A stretch of 64,000 bases of DNA from Nitrospiraceae bacterium (GTDB taxonomy: Bacteria > Nitrospirota > Nitrospiria > Nitrospirales > Nitrospiraceae), in assembly GCA_050246315.1 (NCBI GenBank), contig JBFWWG010000004.1, forward strand, positions 96,001-160,000, written 5' to 3'. Positions 28,951 through 37,913 of the stretch are shown here, piece after piece. The translations under genes were made by a program, and so were the position numbers. Numbering within the stretch: the first letter of the stretch is position 1; every line of letters starts with the position of its first letter. The notes beneath the pieces were generated by a model. The model was not told the DNA's origin and searched no databases. It saw only the letters and a list, made by a program, of their open reading frames with translations.

Positions 28951-30384
28951 TCACAGCTTGGGTGCCCGCAGTCCCCAACGCTGAAGTTTCATATGGAGCG
29001 CCTTATAATCGATTCTCAGACGACGGGCGGCTTCAGCCTTATTCCACCCGGTCTCTTCCAAGACTTGCATCACCGCGGCGCGCTGCGCCTCCTCCGCCGC
29101 GCAGCGCCCGATTTCAGCGAGCGTGCGATCGCCGATCGGCCGATGATACCCTCGTCCCGTCAGTCGTGCCTCTGATTCGCCCGACGATTCGCCGACCTTG
29201 GCCAGTCCACGGACCGCCGCGGGCAGATGCGGCGGGCGAATGATCCGGTCGGCCAGAATCACTGCGGCCCGGATCGAGTTTTCCAATTCACGGACATTCC
29301 CGGGCCACTGATGGTTTTCCAGCAGTCGTAAGGCATCCGTCGAAATGCCCTGCACTCTCGTCTTGTATGTCCGGTTCGCTTCCATCAGGATCACATGGGC
29401 CAGCAACGGAATGTCCTCTCTCCGCTCACGGAGGGGAGGCACCCGGATCGTCACGGTGTTGAGGCGAAAGTACAGATCTCGCCGGAATGTCCCGTGCTCC
29501 ACCATCTCGTCGAGATTGGCGTTGGTCGCCGCCAGAATCCGGACATCGGCCTGGATGGTGTGCCGTCCGCCAAGACGGTCGAATTCCTTGAATTGCAGCA
29601 CGCGCAGGAACTTGGCTTGAACGGCCAGCGGCAGATTGCCCACTTCGTCAAGCAGCAACGTCCCGCTTTCGGCACGCTCGATCCGCCCGGGCCGCGTCTG
29701 TGTGGCGCCGGTGAAGGCACCGGCTTCATGGCCGAACAACTCCGACTCGACCAGATCCTGCGGAATGGCCCCGCAGTCCAGCGGTAGAAATGGTGCCTGA
29801 CGCCGGGTGCTTAATCCGTGCAGGACCTGCGCAACCAATTCCTTTCCGGTCCCGCTCTCTCCGAGAATCAGTACAGGCACGTCGTATGATGAAACCCGCT
29901 TAACGTGCTCGATCATGTCGAGTATGGCCGGACTCATCCCCACGATGGCGCTCAACGCAGACGGCTTCACCCCGTCGCCCGATAAGGTCGCCACCTCGTG
30001 CGTCAGTTCCTGGAGTCGGAGACAATTCCTGATCGTGATCCCTAGTTTGGGAAGGGTCACCGGTTTGGTGACATAGTCGAATGCGCCAGCCTGCACCGCT
30101 TCTTCGGCGTCCTTTTGACTCACAAATCCGGACAACATGATGACTCGGTAGGGACCCAATTCTGGAAGCAGTTGCGACTTGAGCAAATCAAGGCCCGTCC
30201 CATCGGACAGGCGCATGTCGAGGAGCACCAAGTCCGGATGATCACGGCGGACGATCGCCGCCGCCGCCTGCGCGCTGTTGGCAGTCGCGGGTTCATACCC
30301 TTCTTCCTTGAGATAGCCTTCCAGCATCCCCAGAATAAGAGGATCGTCATCGACAACGAGGACGCGGGCGCCGCTGGTCGGCAT
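28951..30384 (-). CDS. sigma54-dependent response regulator (NtrC/AtoC family)
   Basis: Receiver VVDDD/LLDMRL; GESGTGKE; ESELFGHEAGAFTGA; WPGNVREL; Fis-type HTH. Confidence 0.95.
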   Translation of the reverse strand: MPTSGARVLVVDDDPLILGMLEGYLKEEGYEPATANSAQAAAAIVRRDHPDLVLLDMRLSDGTGLDLLKSQLLPELGPYRVIMLSGFVSQKDAEEAVQAGAFDYVTKPVTLPKLGITIRNCLRLQELTHEVATLSGDGVKPSALSAIVGMSPAILDMIEHVKRVSSYDVPVLILGESGTGKELVAQVLHGLSTRRQAPFLPLDCGAIPQDLVESELFGHEAGAFTGATQTRPGRIERAESGTLLLDEVGNLPLAVQAKFLRVLQFKEFDRLGGRHTIQADVRILAATNANLDEMVEHGTFRRDLYFRLNTVTIRVPPLRERREDIPLLAHVILMEANRTYKTRVQGISTDALRLLENHQWPGNVRELENSIRAAVILADRIIRPPHLPAAVRGLAKVGESSGESEARLTGRGYHRPIGDRTLAEIGRCAAEEAQRAAVMQVLEETGWNKAEAARRLRIDYKALHMKLQRWGLRAPKL

Positions 30385-30387
30385 GAG

Positions 30388-33300
30388 TTACGGCTCCTGC
30401 GGATGCGGGCGCCCACGTTTCCGAACCCGGTCGGTCGTGGACGGATCGGAACAAGACGGACTCGAGTCGGGCATTGCAACCGCGGGCAGCCGGACGGTGA
30501 AGCTGGCACCCTCTCCTGGACGGCTTTCGCAGCCGATCGTGCCGCACAGTTCGGACACGATCCGATAACAAATGGCCAAGCCAAGGCCCGTGCCTTCTCC
30601 GACCGGTTTAGTCGTATAGAACGGATCGAAAATATGCGGGAGATGCTCGGCTGGGATGCCGGTGCCGTTGTCCTGAATACGACAGACCACGACACGGACA
30701 CCCTGGTGCTCTTCTTTCGACAAGCCCACGCGGATCACACCCCTGCAGCCGACCAGATCGATAGCCTGCCGCGCGTTGGTAAGCAGATTAAGCAGGACCT
30801 GCAACATGGATTGGGGATCCGCAGACACCACCGGAAGCTCGGGCTCGAACTCCATCTCTACACGGATCTGACGCGACCGCAGGTCCGTCCGGACCAGGAA
30901 AAGCGCCTGCCGCACGATGCTTTCCAGATTACAAAGCTCCCGGCGCCCGGTTGATGAATGCGCACCGCTCAAGAAATGGTTGACGATGGTCGTCGCGCGC
31001 GCGGCGGCCTCCTGCGCAGCGCCTAATTCCTGGCGCACGGCCTTCACTTGGTTTTTCTCCAGCTTGCGCTCGATCAGATGCAAATGCCCCGTAATCACAA
31101 ACAGCGGGTTATTCAATTCGTGCGCCACACCCGCGACAATGGTTCCCAGTGTGGCCAGGCGATCGGCATGGCGGAGACGTCGCTCCAGCAGCCTCCGTTC
31201 GGTCACATCCGTCAGCAAGCCCAAATACCCGATCGGCTTCCCCTCACTGTCCGTCAGCGCCCGCACCCAACAGGCCAGCTCCAGCACCTTCCCGTCTCGG
31301 CGTTTGCCGACCACATGAATGTCCCTGACCGCCTCCTCCCGTGCCGCCTCCTCCCAGATCGCCCGCGACTCGTTTTCCAAATTGGCAGGCACATAGGGAA
31401 GCGGACGACCGATGACCTCGTGCGCACTCCACCCGAACATCGCTTCCGCCGCCATATTCCAGGATGCCACCTTGCCATCATTGTCCCGCATGATGATCGC
31501 GAGCGGCGAGGCATCCACCAACGTCTGGAGCAACTGGGTCGTCGCCTTGAGCGCCTGCTCCGCCCGCTTCTGCTCGGTGATGTCTCTCGCAATGCCGACC
31601 AGCAACGTCACCGCTCCACGATCGTCCGTGGCTCGCTGTCTGCGATCGTGAATCCAGCGTTCCGTTCCGTCCGGGTTGACGATGCGATATTCCACATCGT
31701 AGGACGGCGATCCCGCCATCCACCGCTCGAAGGCCTGCTGCGCTCGATCCCGATCGACCGGATGGACGGCCGAGAGCCACTGGCGTGGGTCGCGATAATG
31801 TTCCGCCGCGGGACGGCCCCACAGCCGTTCGAACGCATCATTGATATAGACGAGCCGAAGCGGGTTCGGGCTCATGATCCAAAACACATCGTTGACCGTG
31901 TCCGCAAACGTCCGAAACCGCGATTCACTCGCCCGCAGCGCCTGTTCCGCCCGTTGGCGCTCCAGCTCGGCCGCGGCGCGACTGGCAAAAATCGCTAACA
32001 GCGATCGGGCTTCGTCGCGTCGGAGCAGCGGGGCGCATTTCATGACGGCCAGGACTCCGAGAGAGCGGCCCCCACTGTCGTCGAGCGGCGCGCCGATGTA
32101 ACTTTCCACATCGAAGCGCCTGAGCAGGGGATCTGCCGGAAACAGGTCGCGGAGACACTGATCGTATATCTGCACCGACTGCCCGATGACGGTTTCGGAC
32201 GGCGAGCCGGTCAACGGATAATCGAAGTTCGGCAACCGTTGCCCGCGCCCACAGACCGCGATCGTCCGGATCACACCAGGAGCCGATGGATGCGGGGTCG
32301 CGACAAAGGCATACTCGGCGTCCAACGACGTACAGAGATGTTCCACAAGAGAATGGAACAACGCCTCACCCGTAGCGGCTGACACCCCGTTGGCCGCCTG
32401 GAGGAGCCGTTCCTCCGCCCGCTTTCGAGCGGTAATATCGGTCAGGATGCCGTTCCAGACAATGCTCCCATCCGGCCGAGGAATCTCCGGAATGGAATCC
32501 CCTCGGAGCCATTTGATCGAGCCGTCGTCCAATCCTACGCGGAATTCATGGCCCCAGGGAGACAATCCTTCTGCCGACTGTTGGATAGAGACCTGGAGGT
32601 CGCCCAGATCTTCTGACAGCCCAAACCTCCATGCCTCCCGGACATCTCGCATCACCGCTCCCGCCTCGACGCCCAGAATCTCCTTGACGCCCCGGCTCAT
32701 GAAGAGGAACCGATCGGTTCCATCCGGACTCAGTTGATACTGATAGACGGCTCCGGGAATGGCGTCCGTTATCCGCTGGAGCCGCAACTCCGTCTCGCGC
32801 AGCGCCTCCTCCGCCTTTCGGCGCAAGGTAATATCACGCGCGATGCCGAGCACCCCGATGATCGCCCCATTTTTCTGGTAGACCCCTCCCGCACACTCCA
32901 TCGACAACCATTCCCCATCCCGTTTCCGCAGTCGGAGTTCGACCCGATTGTCTCTAACGCCGGATAGGATATCGTCCAAGGACTGGACGGCCAGCGCGCG
33001 GTCGTCCGGATGAACCAACTCGGTGAAGGGCTGCCCAAGCCAGACTTGCCGCGAGCAGCCGGTCCGTGCCTCAAAGGCAGGATTGATGGACAGGATCAGC
33101 CCATCTGGCGACAGCAGGTAGACGATGTCTCTGAGGTTATCGACCAACGAGCGGTACTGGGCTTCGCTGTGTCGCGACGCCTCCTCCGCACGCGCTCGAT
33201 CAGTCAGATCGTGACAAGTACAGATGTATCCGTCGAATTCGCCGGCCTCATTCATCACACTCGACAGCGCTACCTCGACTGGAAACTGCGAGCCGTCCCG

Positions 33301-34707
33301 GCGCTTCCCTGTGATCTCGCCGCGCCATCGCCCCTCCCGTAACAAGAGCGGAAAGATCTTCCGTTCGTAGTCGGCCACCGATTCGGACGGGGTGATATTC
33401 TTCCAGGTCTTGCCGATCAACTCCTCCTGCTCATATCCGTATAGTTCGGCATGCGCGCGGTTAATATACGTATAGATACCGGTTTTGTCTAGCAGTGCCA
33501 TCCCTTCCATGGCGGTGTCAATCGCCCGCCTCATCACCGAATTCGCCTCCTCTACGAGCTTCCGAGAGGTGACGTCCACGGCGGTTCCGACCAGCTTGAC
33601 CGCGCGACCGTTGCCGTCCCGGGTGGTTGAGCCTCGAAGGTGCGTCCAGACGATCGATCCGTCCTTGTGAAGCATCCGCAACAGACATTCATAGTTGTCC
33701 GTCAGCCGATCGATGATCGCGATGGTGGCGTCTGTGGCCAGTCGCCTGTCTTCGGGATGGATGAGGGTGAACCAGTTCAGGTCTCTTTCATCCCATTCTT
33801 CCCGTCCATAGCCGAACAACGCCTTGAAGCTGGGATCTCCCTGGGATCGGCCGGCGAGGAAGTCGTACTCCCAGACCCCGACTCGTCCCGCGACGGCGGC
33901 CCGGGCGTACCGTTCCTCACTCTCACGGAGTAACTGTTCGGTCCGCTTGCGTTCGGTGATGTCCCGTACCGCACTCAGCATGACCGGTTCGCCCCGATAG
34001 CGAAACGGCAACGTCCGGACCTCGACGGGAATGAGGGTGCCGTCTTGACGTTGACCAACGCCTTCCGACTCGAATGCGCGTCCCTCAGCCGACGCGGCCG
34101 CAGCGTGCTCGACGTGAGCATCGGAATCAGCATGGATGATGTGCCGGCATGACAGGCCAAGCAGCTCCTCCCTGGAATACCCGTAGAGTTTCAAGGCTGC
34201 GGGATTGACGTCCAGAATGACTCCTTCATAACTGACCACCAACAGCGCATCCGGCGCGGACTCAAAGAGACACCGGCACCGTTCTTCGCTTTCGCGCAGT
34301 GCCTCTTGGGCGCGCCGCTGCTCGGTGAGCACCTCGGTGTACATGACCAACCCGGCGACCACCCCCTCTTCGCCATACCAGGGCCTGATCTCCCAACGGA
34401 CCCAATCCCGGCTGCCGTCATGGCGAAGGAAGTACTCGCCGTCGGAACCTTCCACGGCGCCGGCGAGGCAACGTTGGTGAATCTCCAGCCACCTCGGCAT
34501 AGACCGGATTTCCGGAAAGACGTCGTAGTGGTGCTCCCCGATGATGCGGCGATCGCCCAACCGATAATCTTCCAACCACCGCCGGCTTGCGGCCAGGTAC
34601 CGCAACTCCGCGTCCAAGATCGCCACGGCCGCCGGAATCTGTTCCATGACCAACAACAGGGCCGCATGCCCGGACGCCGCCAGGTCGAGATTGAGCGGGC
34701 GCATCAT
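30388..34707 (-). CDS. Cytoplasmic multi-PAS/GAF sensor histidine kinase
   Basis: About eight PAS-PAC units ending in D(I/V/L)T-like motifs, one GAF, H-box AHELNNPL, then NLLTNA, DNGTGI, FDPFYTTK and GTGLGL; no TM segment seen. Confidence 0.93.
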   Translation of the reverse strand: MMRPLNLDLAASGHAALLLVMEQIPAAVAILDAELRYLAASRRWLEDYRLGDRRIIGEHHYDVFPEIRSMPRWLEIHQRCLAGAVEGSDGEYFLRHDGSRDWVRWEIRPWYGEEGVVAGLVMYTEVLTEQRRAQEALRESEERCRCLFESAPDALLVVSYEGVILDVNPAALKLYGYSREELLGLSCRHIIHADSDAHVEHAAAASAEGRAFESEGVGQRQDGTLIPVEVRTLPFRYRGEPVMLSAVRDITERKRTEQLLRESEERYARAAVAGRVGVWEYDFLAGRSQGDPSFKALFGYGREEWDERDLNWFTLIHPEDRRLATDATIAIIDRLTDNYECLLRMLHKDGSIVWTHLRGSTTRDGNGRAVKLVGTAVDVTSRKLVEEANSVMRRAIDTAMEGMALLDKTGIYTYINRAHAELYGYEQEELIGKTWKNITPSESVADYERKIFPLLLREGRWRGEITGKRRDGSQFPVEVALSSVMNEAGEFDGYICTCHDLTDRARAEEASRHSEAQYRSLVDNLRDIVYLLSPDGLILSINPAFEARTGCSRQVWLGQPFTELVHPDDRALAVQSLDDILSGVRDNRVELRLRKRDGEWLSMECAGGVYQKNGAIIGVLGIARDITLRRKAEEALRETELRLQRITDAIPGAVYQYQLSPDGTDRFLFMSRGVKEILGVEAGAVMRDVREAWRFGLSEDLGDLQVSIQQSAEGLSPWGHEFRVGLDDGSIKWLRGDSIPEIPRPDGSIVWNGILTDITARKRAEERLLQAANGVSAATGEALFHSLVEHLCTSLDAEYAFVATPHPSAPGVIRTIAVCGRGQRLPNFDYPLTGSPSETVIGQSVQIYDQCLRDLFPADPLLRRFDVESYIGAPLDDSGGRSLGVLAVMKCAPLLRRDEARSLLAIFASRAAAELERQRAEQALRASESRFRTFADTVNDVFWIMSPNPLRLVYINDAFERLWGRPAAEHYRDPRQWLSAVHPVDRDRAQQAFERWMAGSPSYDVEYRIVNPDGTERWIHDRRQRATDDRGAVTLLVGIARDITEQKRAEQALKATTQLLQTLVDASPLAIIMRDNDGKVASWNMAAEAMFGWSAHEVIGRPLPYVPANLENESRAIWEEAAREEAVRDIHVVGKRRDGKVLELACWVRALTDSEGKPIGYLGLLTDVTERRLLERRLRHADRLATLGTIVAGVAHELNNPLFVITGHLHLIERKLEKNQVKAVRQELGAAQEAAARATTIVNHFLSGAHSSTGRRELCNLESIVRQALFLVRTDLRSRQIRVEMEFEPELPVVSADPQSMLQVLLNLLTNARQAIDLVGCRGVIRVGLSKEEHQGVRVVVCRIQDNGTGIPAEHLPHIFDPFYTTKPVGEGTGLGLAICYRIVSELCGTIGCESRPGEGASFTVRLPAVAMPDSSPSCSDPSTTDRVRKRGRPHPQEP

Positions 34708-34883
34708 GCCCCTCCTACCCGACCGGCGAAGCGCCTACCGATGGCAGACTCATCAATCCTCATGATTCGACTCTGGATGCGAACGTTGTTTCGGCCTCAC
34801 GGTGCCGGTCGGCATGAGCGAGCGGCTCCTGCCTCTCCCACCCCGGTCGATTCATCCGCCCGTGCTGCCTGCGCGACCATCCG

Positions 34884-36242
34884 CTAAGAAGACAGGCGTG
34901 GTTGTGTCGTGACCGCGCTCTTGGCCACAGCCGCCGCCATCGAGATACTGAACGCCCCTTCCCAATCCATGTCGGCTGGTACCAGGCGACGTGCCTCCAC
35001 GCTCTCCGTCCGAGACAGCGCCAACACGATGTTCTTGCCACCGAACCCGAAACTGTTGATGAGCGCCCGCTGGATGGCCGCCGGCCGCCCGTGCCCCGGA
35101 ACGTAATCCAAATCGCAATCGGGGTCCGGGTCGGTCAAATTCAGCGTCGGTGGCACAAACTGATGTTCCAATGACAGCACGGTGCTGATCACTTGAAAGG
35201 CGCCGCTCGCGGCAAACGCATGGCCCAAGGCACCCTTGAGGGAACTGACGGGCACCCGGTACGCATGCGCCCCCATTGCCTGCTTGATCGCCTTCGTCTC
35301 GATGGCGTCCAACTCCACGCTGCCGAGTCCACAGGCGTTGACATACTCCACTTCCTCCGGAAACCAGTGGGCGGCCATCAGCGCCCCCTCGATCGCACGC
35401 TGTTGCTCTCCTCCAGACTCCATAGGTTTGGCCATCGAGTGGGCGTCGCAGGTAAAGGCCCACCCTTCGAGCTCGGCATAAATATGTGCGCCTCGGCGGA
35501 CGGCATGCTCGTATTCCTCGAGTACCACGCAGCCGGCTCCCTCGCCCATGACGATGCCCGATCGGGTCCGATCGAATGGACGTGGCAGATTCCGCAACGA
35601 TCCCTGGCAATCCGGAGCCAGGGTCCGACCCGCTTCCATTGCGGACAGGATCGTCGGATGCAGCGGAGCTTCGGCTCCGCCTGCAACGACCAAATCGACG
35701 TTACGGGATCGAATCAGGTCGTAGGCCCGCCCGATGGCGTTCGCCGTTGAGGAACAGCCGATCGAATAGGTTTCGCACTCACCATGGACGCCGAGCGCAA
35801 TGGCCACTTCGGCGGAGACCGCGTTGGGGAAGGTGGCCGTCATGGTGAAGGGATGGAGATGTTGCTTGCGCAACATGCAATCATGCGCGGCGAAGGCTTC
35901 ACGAAGTCCGCCCACGGACGTGCCGAAGCTGATCGCCATACCGGAGCGGTCCTCGGCCTCCAGATCGAGGTCCGCGTCCCGCACGGCCATCAAGGCTGAC
36001 GCGACTGCGAAATGCGACACCCGGCCCATGCGTCTGGCTTGCTTGGGCGGAATGAAGTCCGTGGCATCAAAGTCCCGCACCTCGCCCGCTAAACAGGATT
36101 TGAACGAGGCGGTTTCGAAGGACTCGATCGGCCGGATTCCGGATTCCCCTCGGCAGAGCAAATGCCAAAACGTCCTGAGATCACAACCCAGTGGAGACAC
36201 GACACCCAACCCCGTAATCACAACGCGACGCGATAGGCTCAT
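34884..36242 (-). CDS. FabF-like beta-ketoacyl synthase with non-canonical active site
   Basis: RRVVITGLG, GCSS (catalytic Cys), RPFD...GEGAG, YVNACGLGS (in place of NAHGTST), KGALGH, NSFGFGG. Confidence 0.9.
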   Translation of the reverse strand: MSLSRRVVITGLGVVSPLGCDLRTFWHLLCRGESGIRPIESFETASFKSCLAGEVRDFDATDFIPPKQARRMGRVSHFAVASALMAVRDADLDLEAEDRSGMAISFGTSVGGLREAFAAHDCMLRKQHLHPFTMTATFPNAVSAEVAIALGVHGECETYSIGCSSTANAIGRAYDLIRSRNVDLVVAGGAEAPLHPTILSAMEAGRTLAPDCQGSLRNLPRPFDRTRSGIVMGEGAGCVVLEEYEHAVRRGAHIYAELEGWAFTCDAHSMAKPMESGGEQQRAIEGALMAAHWFPEEVEYVNACGLGSVELDAIETKAIKQAMGAHAYRVPVSSLKGALGHAFAASGAFQVISTVLSLEHQFVPPTLNLTDPDPDCDLDYVPGHGRPAAIQRALINSFGFGGKNIVLALSRTESVEARRLVPADMDWEGAFSISMAAAVAKSAVTTQPRLSS

Positions 36243-36398
36243 GGTTCATCCTCCTCGTGTGAGATCCATCTAAGGAAGGTCTGCTCAATTCAAGAATCTA
36301 GATGGCGACAAGACAAATTCCCTGTGTTTTGTGCACCGACCGATCGAAATCAGTATTTATTCAGGCCTTCCCTAACCGGCAGATTCGTTTGGGCGTCC

Positions 36399-37679
36399 TC
36401 ACCTATGTTCCGTACCGTGCCAGACCGACATATGGTCCCGATGGGTTTCCCCCAACGCGTCCTGGGGATAAAACTTCTCGTAGAATCCAATGTCGACATG
36501 GTGGGCTTGAAACGCAATGACCGTCTTGAATGCATCCACATGAGCCGGGAAACGACCATAGGTACGATACACATACTCACAGAATCGAATCGCCGCTTCG
36601 ACCGCGCGCGCGCTATGCGGCTGGACTTCCTGCTCCTGCTTGCGGGGAATCCACGGCCAGGTGGCGGGATTAGGATAGATCCCGCTGGCGCCGAACTTGG
36701 AGTAGACGAGGTTCCGGACCGACGTCTCCATGGAAGGTACGAACGGCGGGCAGGGACCTTCCCAGATATCGGGGATGCCGACGGGGTTCGATCGGGCCCC
36801 AGGCACCAAGGACGGCGCAAACAGAAATCCAAGACCCGGATAGATTTGCGGTTCCCATCCAAGGAGATGCCGTCCACTCCCGACGCTCTGGATCCCGCCA
36901 CCCAGCCCGATGGCCTGCTCCATGAGGAACATGTTCTGGCACACCGCTCCTTGCTCCTGAAGCGCCGTGTCGCTGATCGCGGCATCGAGATCACGCAGTG
37001 TCATCATCCGCCGCGCGCCTGGGTCATCATGGAGGTATCCGCCTCGACTCTTTCGGAACTCATCCAGGCCGCACCCGGCCTGGCCGTTGTCGGTGTCCAC
37101 AATGAAATAGCCGTATTCCTCGCTGAGCAGTACCAGCAGGAGATTCAAATAGACCCGCGCCACCTCCGTCACGGGCACGATGAACTGCGAGCCCGGGCGG
37201 TTGGCATACCACTGGTTGAATGACAACATGAACGGCAATTGCCTGGGAATGTCCAAGCGGCTTGATTGGAGGCGCACCAGATTCGGACGGGCTCCGCTGT
37301 TCGGATGTGGCACGCCGGCTGCGTAAAATACCCCGTCGTCGTTCGACACAAAGAGCCTCGTCGTATTGGCCGCGCAGGCACTGGGGACGGTGCGTCCTCG
37401 AAACCCCATGATGGCCATGCCTTGCCCATCCTCATGGCCGGGCCGACGGACATACTGCATGTCGGCCAGGTGCGGACCGGTCTCCCCGACTCCGGCAAAG
37501 AGAAGGTAATGCAGCTCTTCAGCCGTCAGTGGGACCGGCTGCATCTCACTCCGATAGCGAAGCGGGCCAGCCGGCAGTTCCATCCCGCACCCAAAACGAC
37601 GGGTCCGTCGTTGCTGGAGCAAATCAACCAACGTTCTGAGTTCGGTGGATTGCGTCGCATGACAAGTCGAGGAAACCAT
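36399..37679 (-). CDS. Nitroreductase/SagB-like flavin-dependent oxidoreductase (putative)
   Basis: LQQRRTRRF (FMN-binding RRSxR-like), PLTAEELHYLL, GRTVPSA, GAVCQNMFLMEQAIGLGG; AAGGAGG RBS before ATG 37679. Confidence 0.65.
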   Translation of the reverse strand: MVSSTCHATQSTELRTLVDLLQQRRTRRFGCGMELPAGPLRYRSEMQPVPLTAEELHYLLFAGVGETGPHLADMQYVRRPGHEDGQGMAIMGFRGRTVPSACAANTTRLFVSNDDGVFYAAGVPHPNSGARPNLVRLQSSRLDIPRQLPFMLSFNQWYANRPGSQFIVPVTEVARVYLNLLLVLLSEEYGYFIVDTDNGQAGCGLDEFRKSRGGYLHDDPGARRMMTLRDLDAAISDTALQEQGAVCQNMFLMEQAIGLGGGIQSVGSGRHLLGWEPQIYPGLGFLFAPSLVPGARSNPVGIPDIWEGPCPPFVPSMETSVRNLVYSKFGASGIYPNPATWPWIPRKQEQEVQPHSARAVEAAIRFCEYVYRTYGRFPAHVDAFKTVIAFQAHHVDIGFYEKFYPQDALGETHRDHMSVWHGTEHR

Positions 37680-37729
37680 GGGTGCGCCTCCTTGGTGCAT
37701 GAGTCTTCTCCGCTCGCGCGGCTGGCGAG

Positions 37730-37777
37730 ACTCTACAAAGATGGTGCTATCGCTGTAACCTACCCACCCGGGTAGGT
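37730..37777 (-). promoter_or_regulatory. lux-box-like palindrome ACCTACCC-accc-GGGTAGGT with downstream -10 TAGAGT
   Basis: 20-bp ACCT-N12-AGGT inverted repeat at 37758-37777, 22 nt upstream of a TAnnnT hexamer (37735-37730). Confidence 0.75.
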
Positions 37778-37913
37778 CAGCGGAGTCTCATCCCGGGAAC
37801 GGAGAGGACATGAAGTAGATTGATGTGTGGAAGGCAGCCGAACATGGAGTGGGTTCGGAACAGCCCTGGGAACGGGATTCGACTGTGGTTTGAAAAACCT
37901 GAACGATGGCGGA

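Noticed and set aside
34884..37679. Type II PKS or azole-RiPP cluster
   Set aside because: No chain-length factor, ACP, YcaO or precursor peptide in the window.
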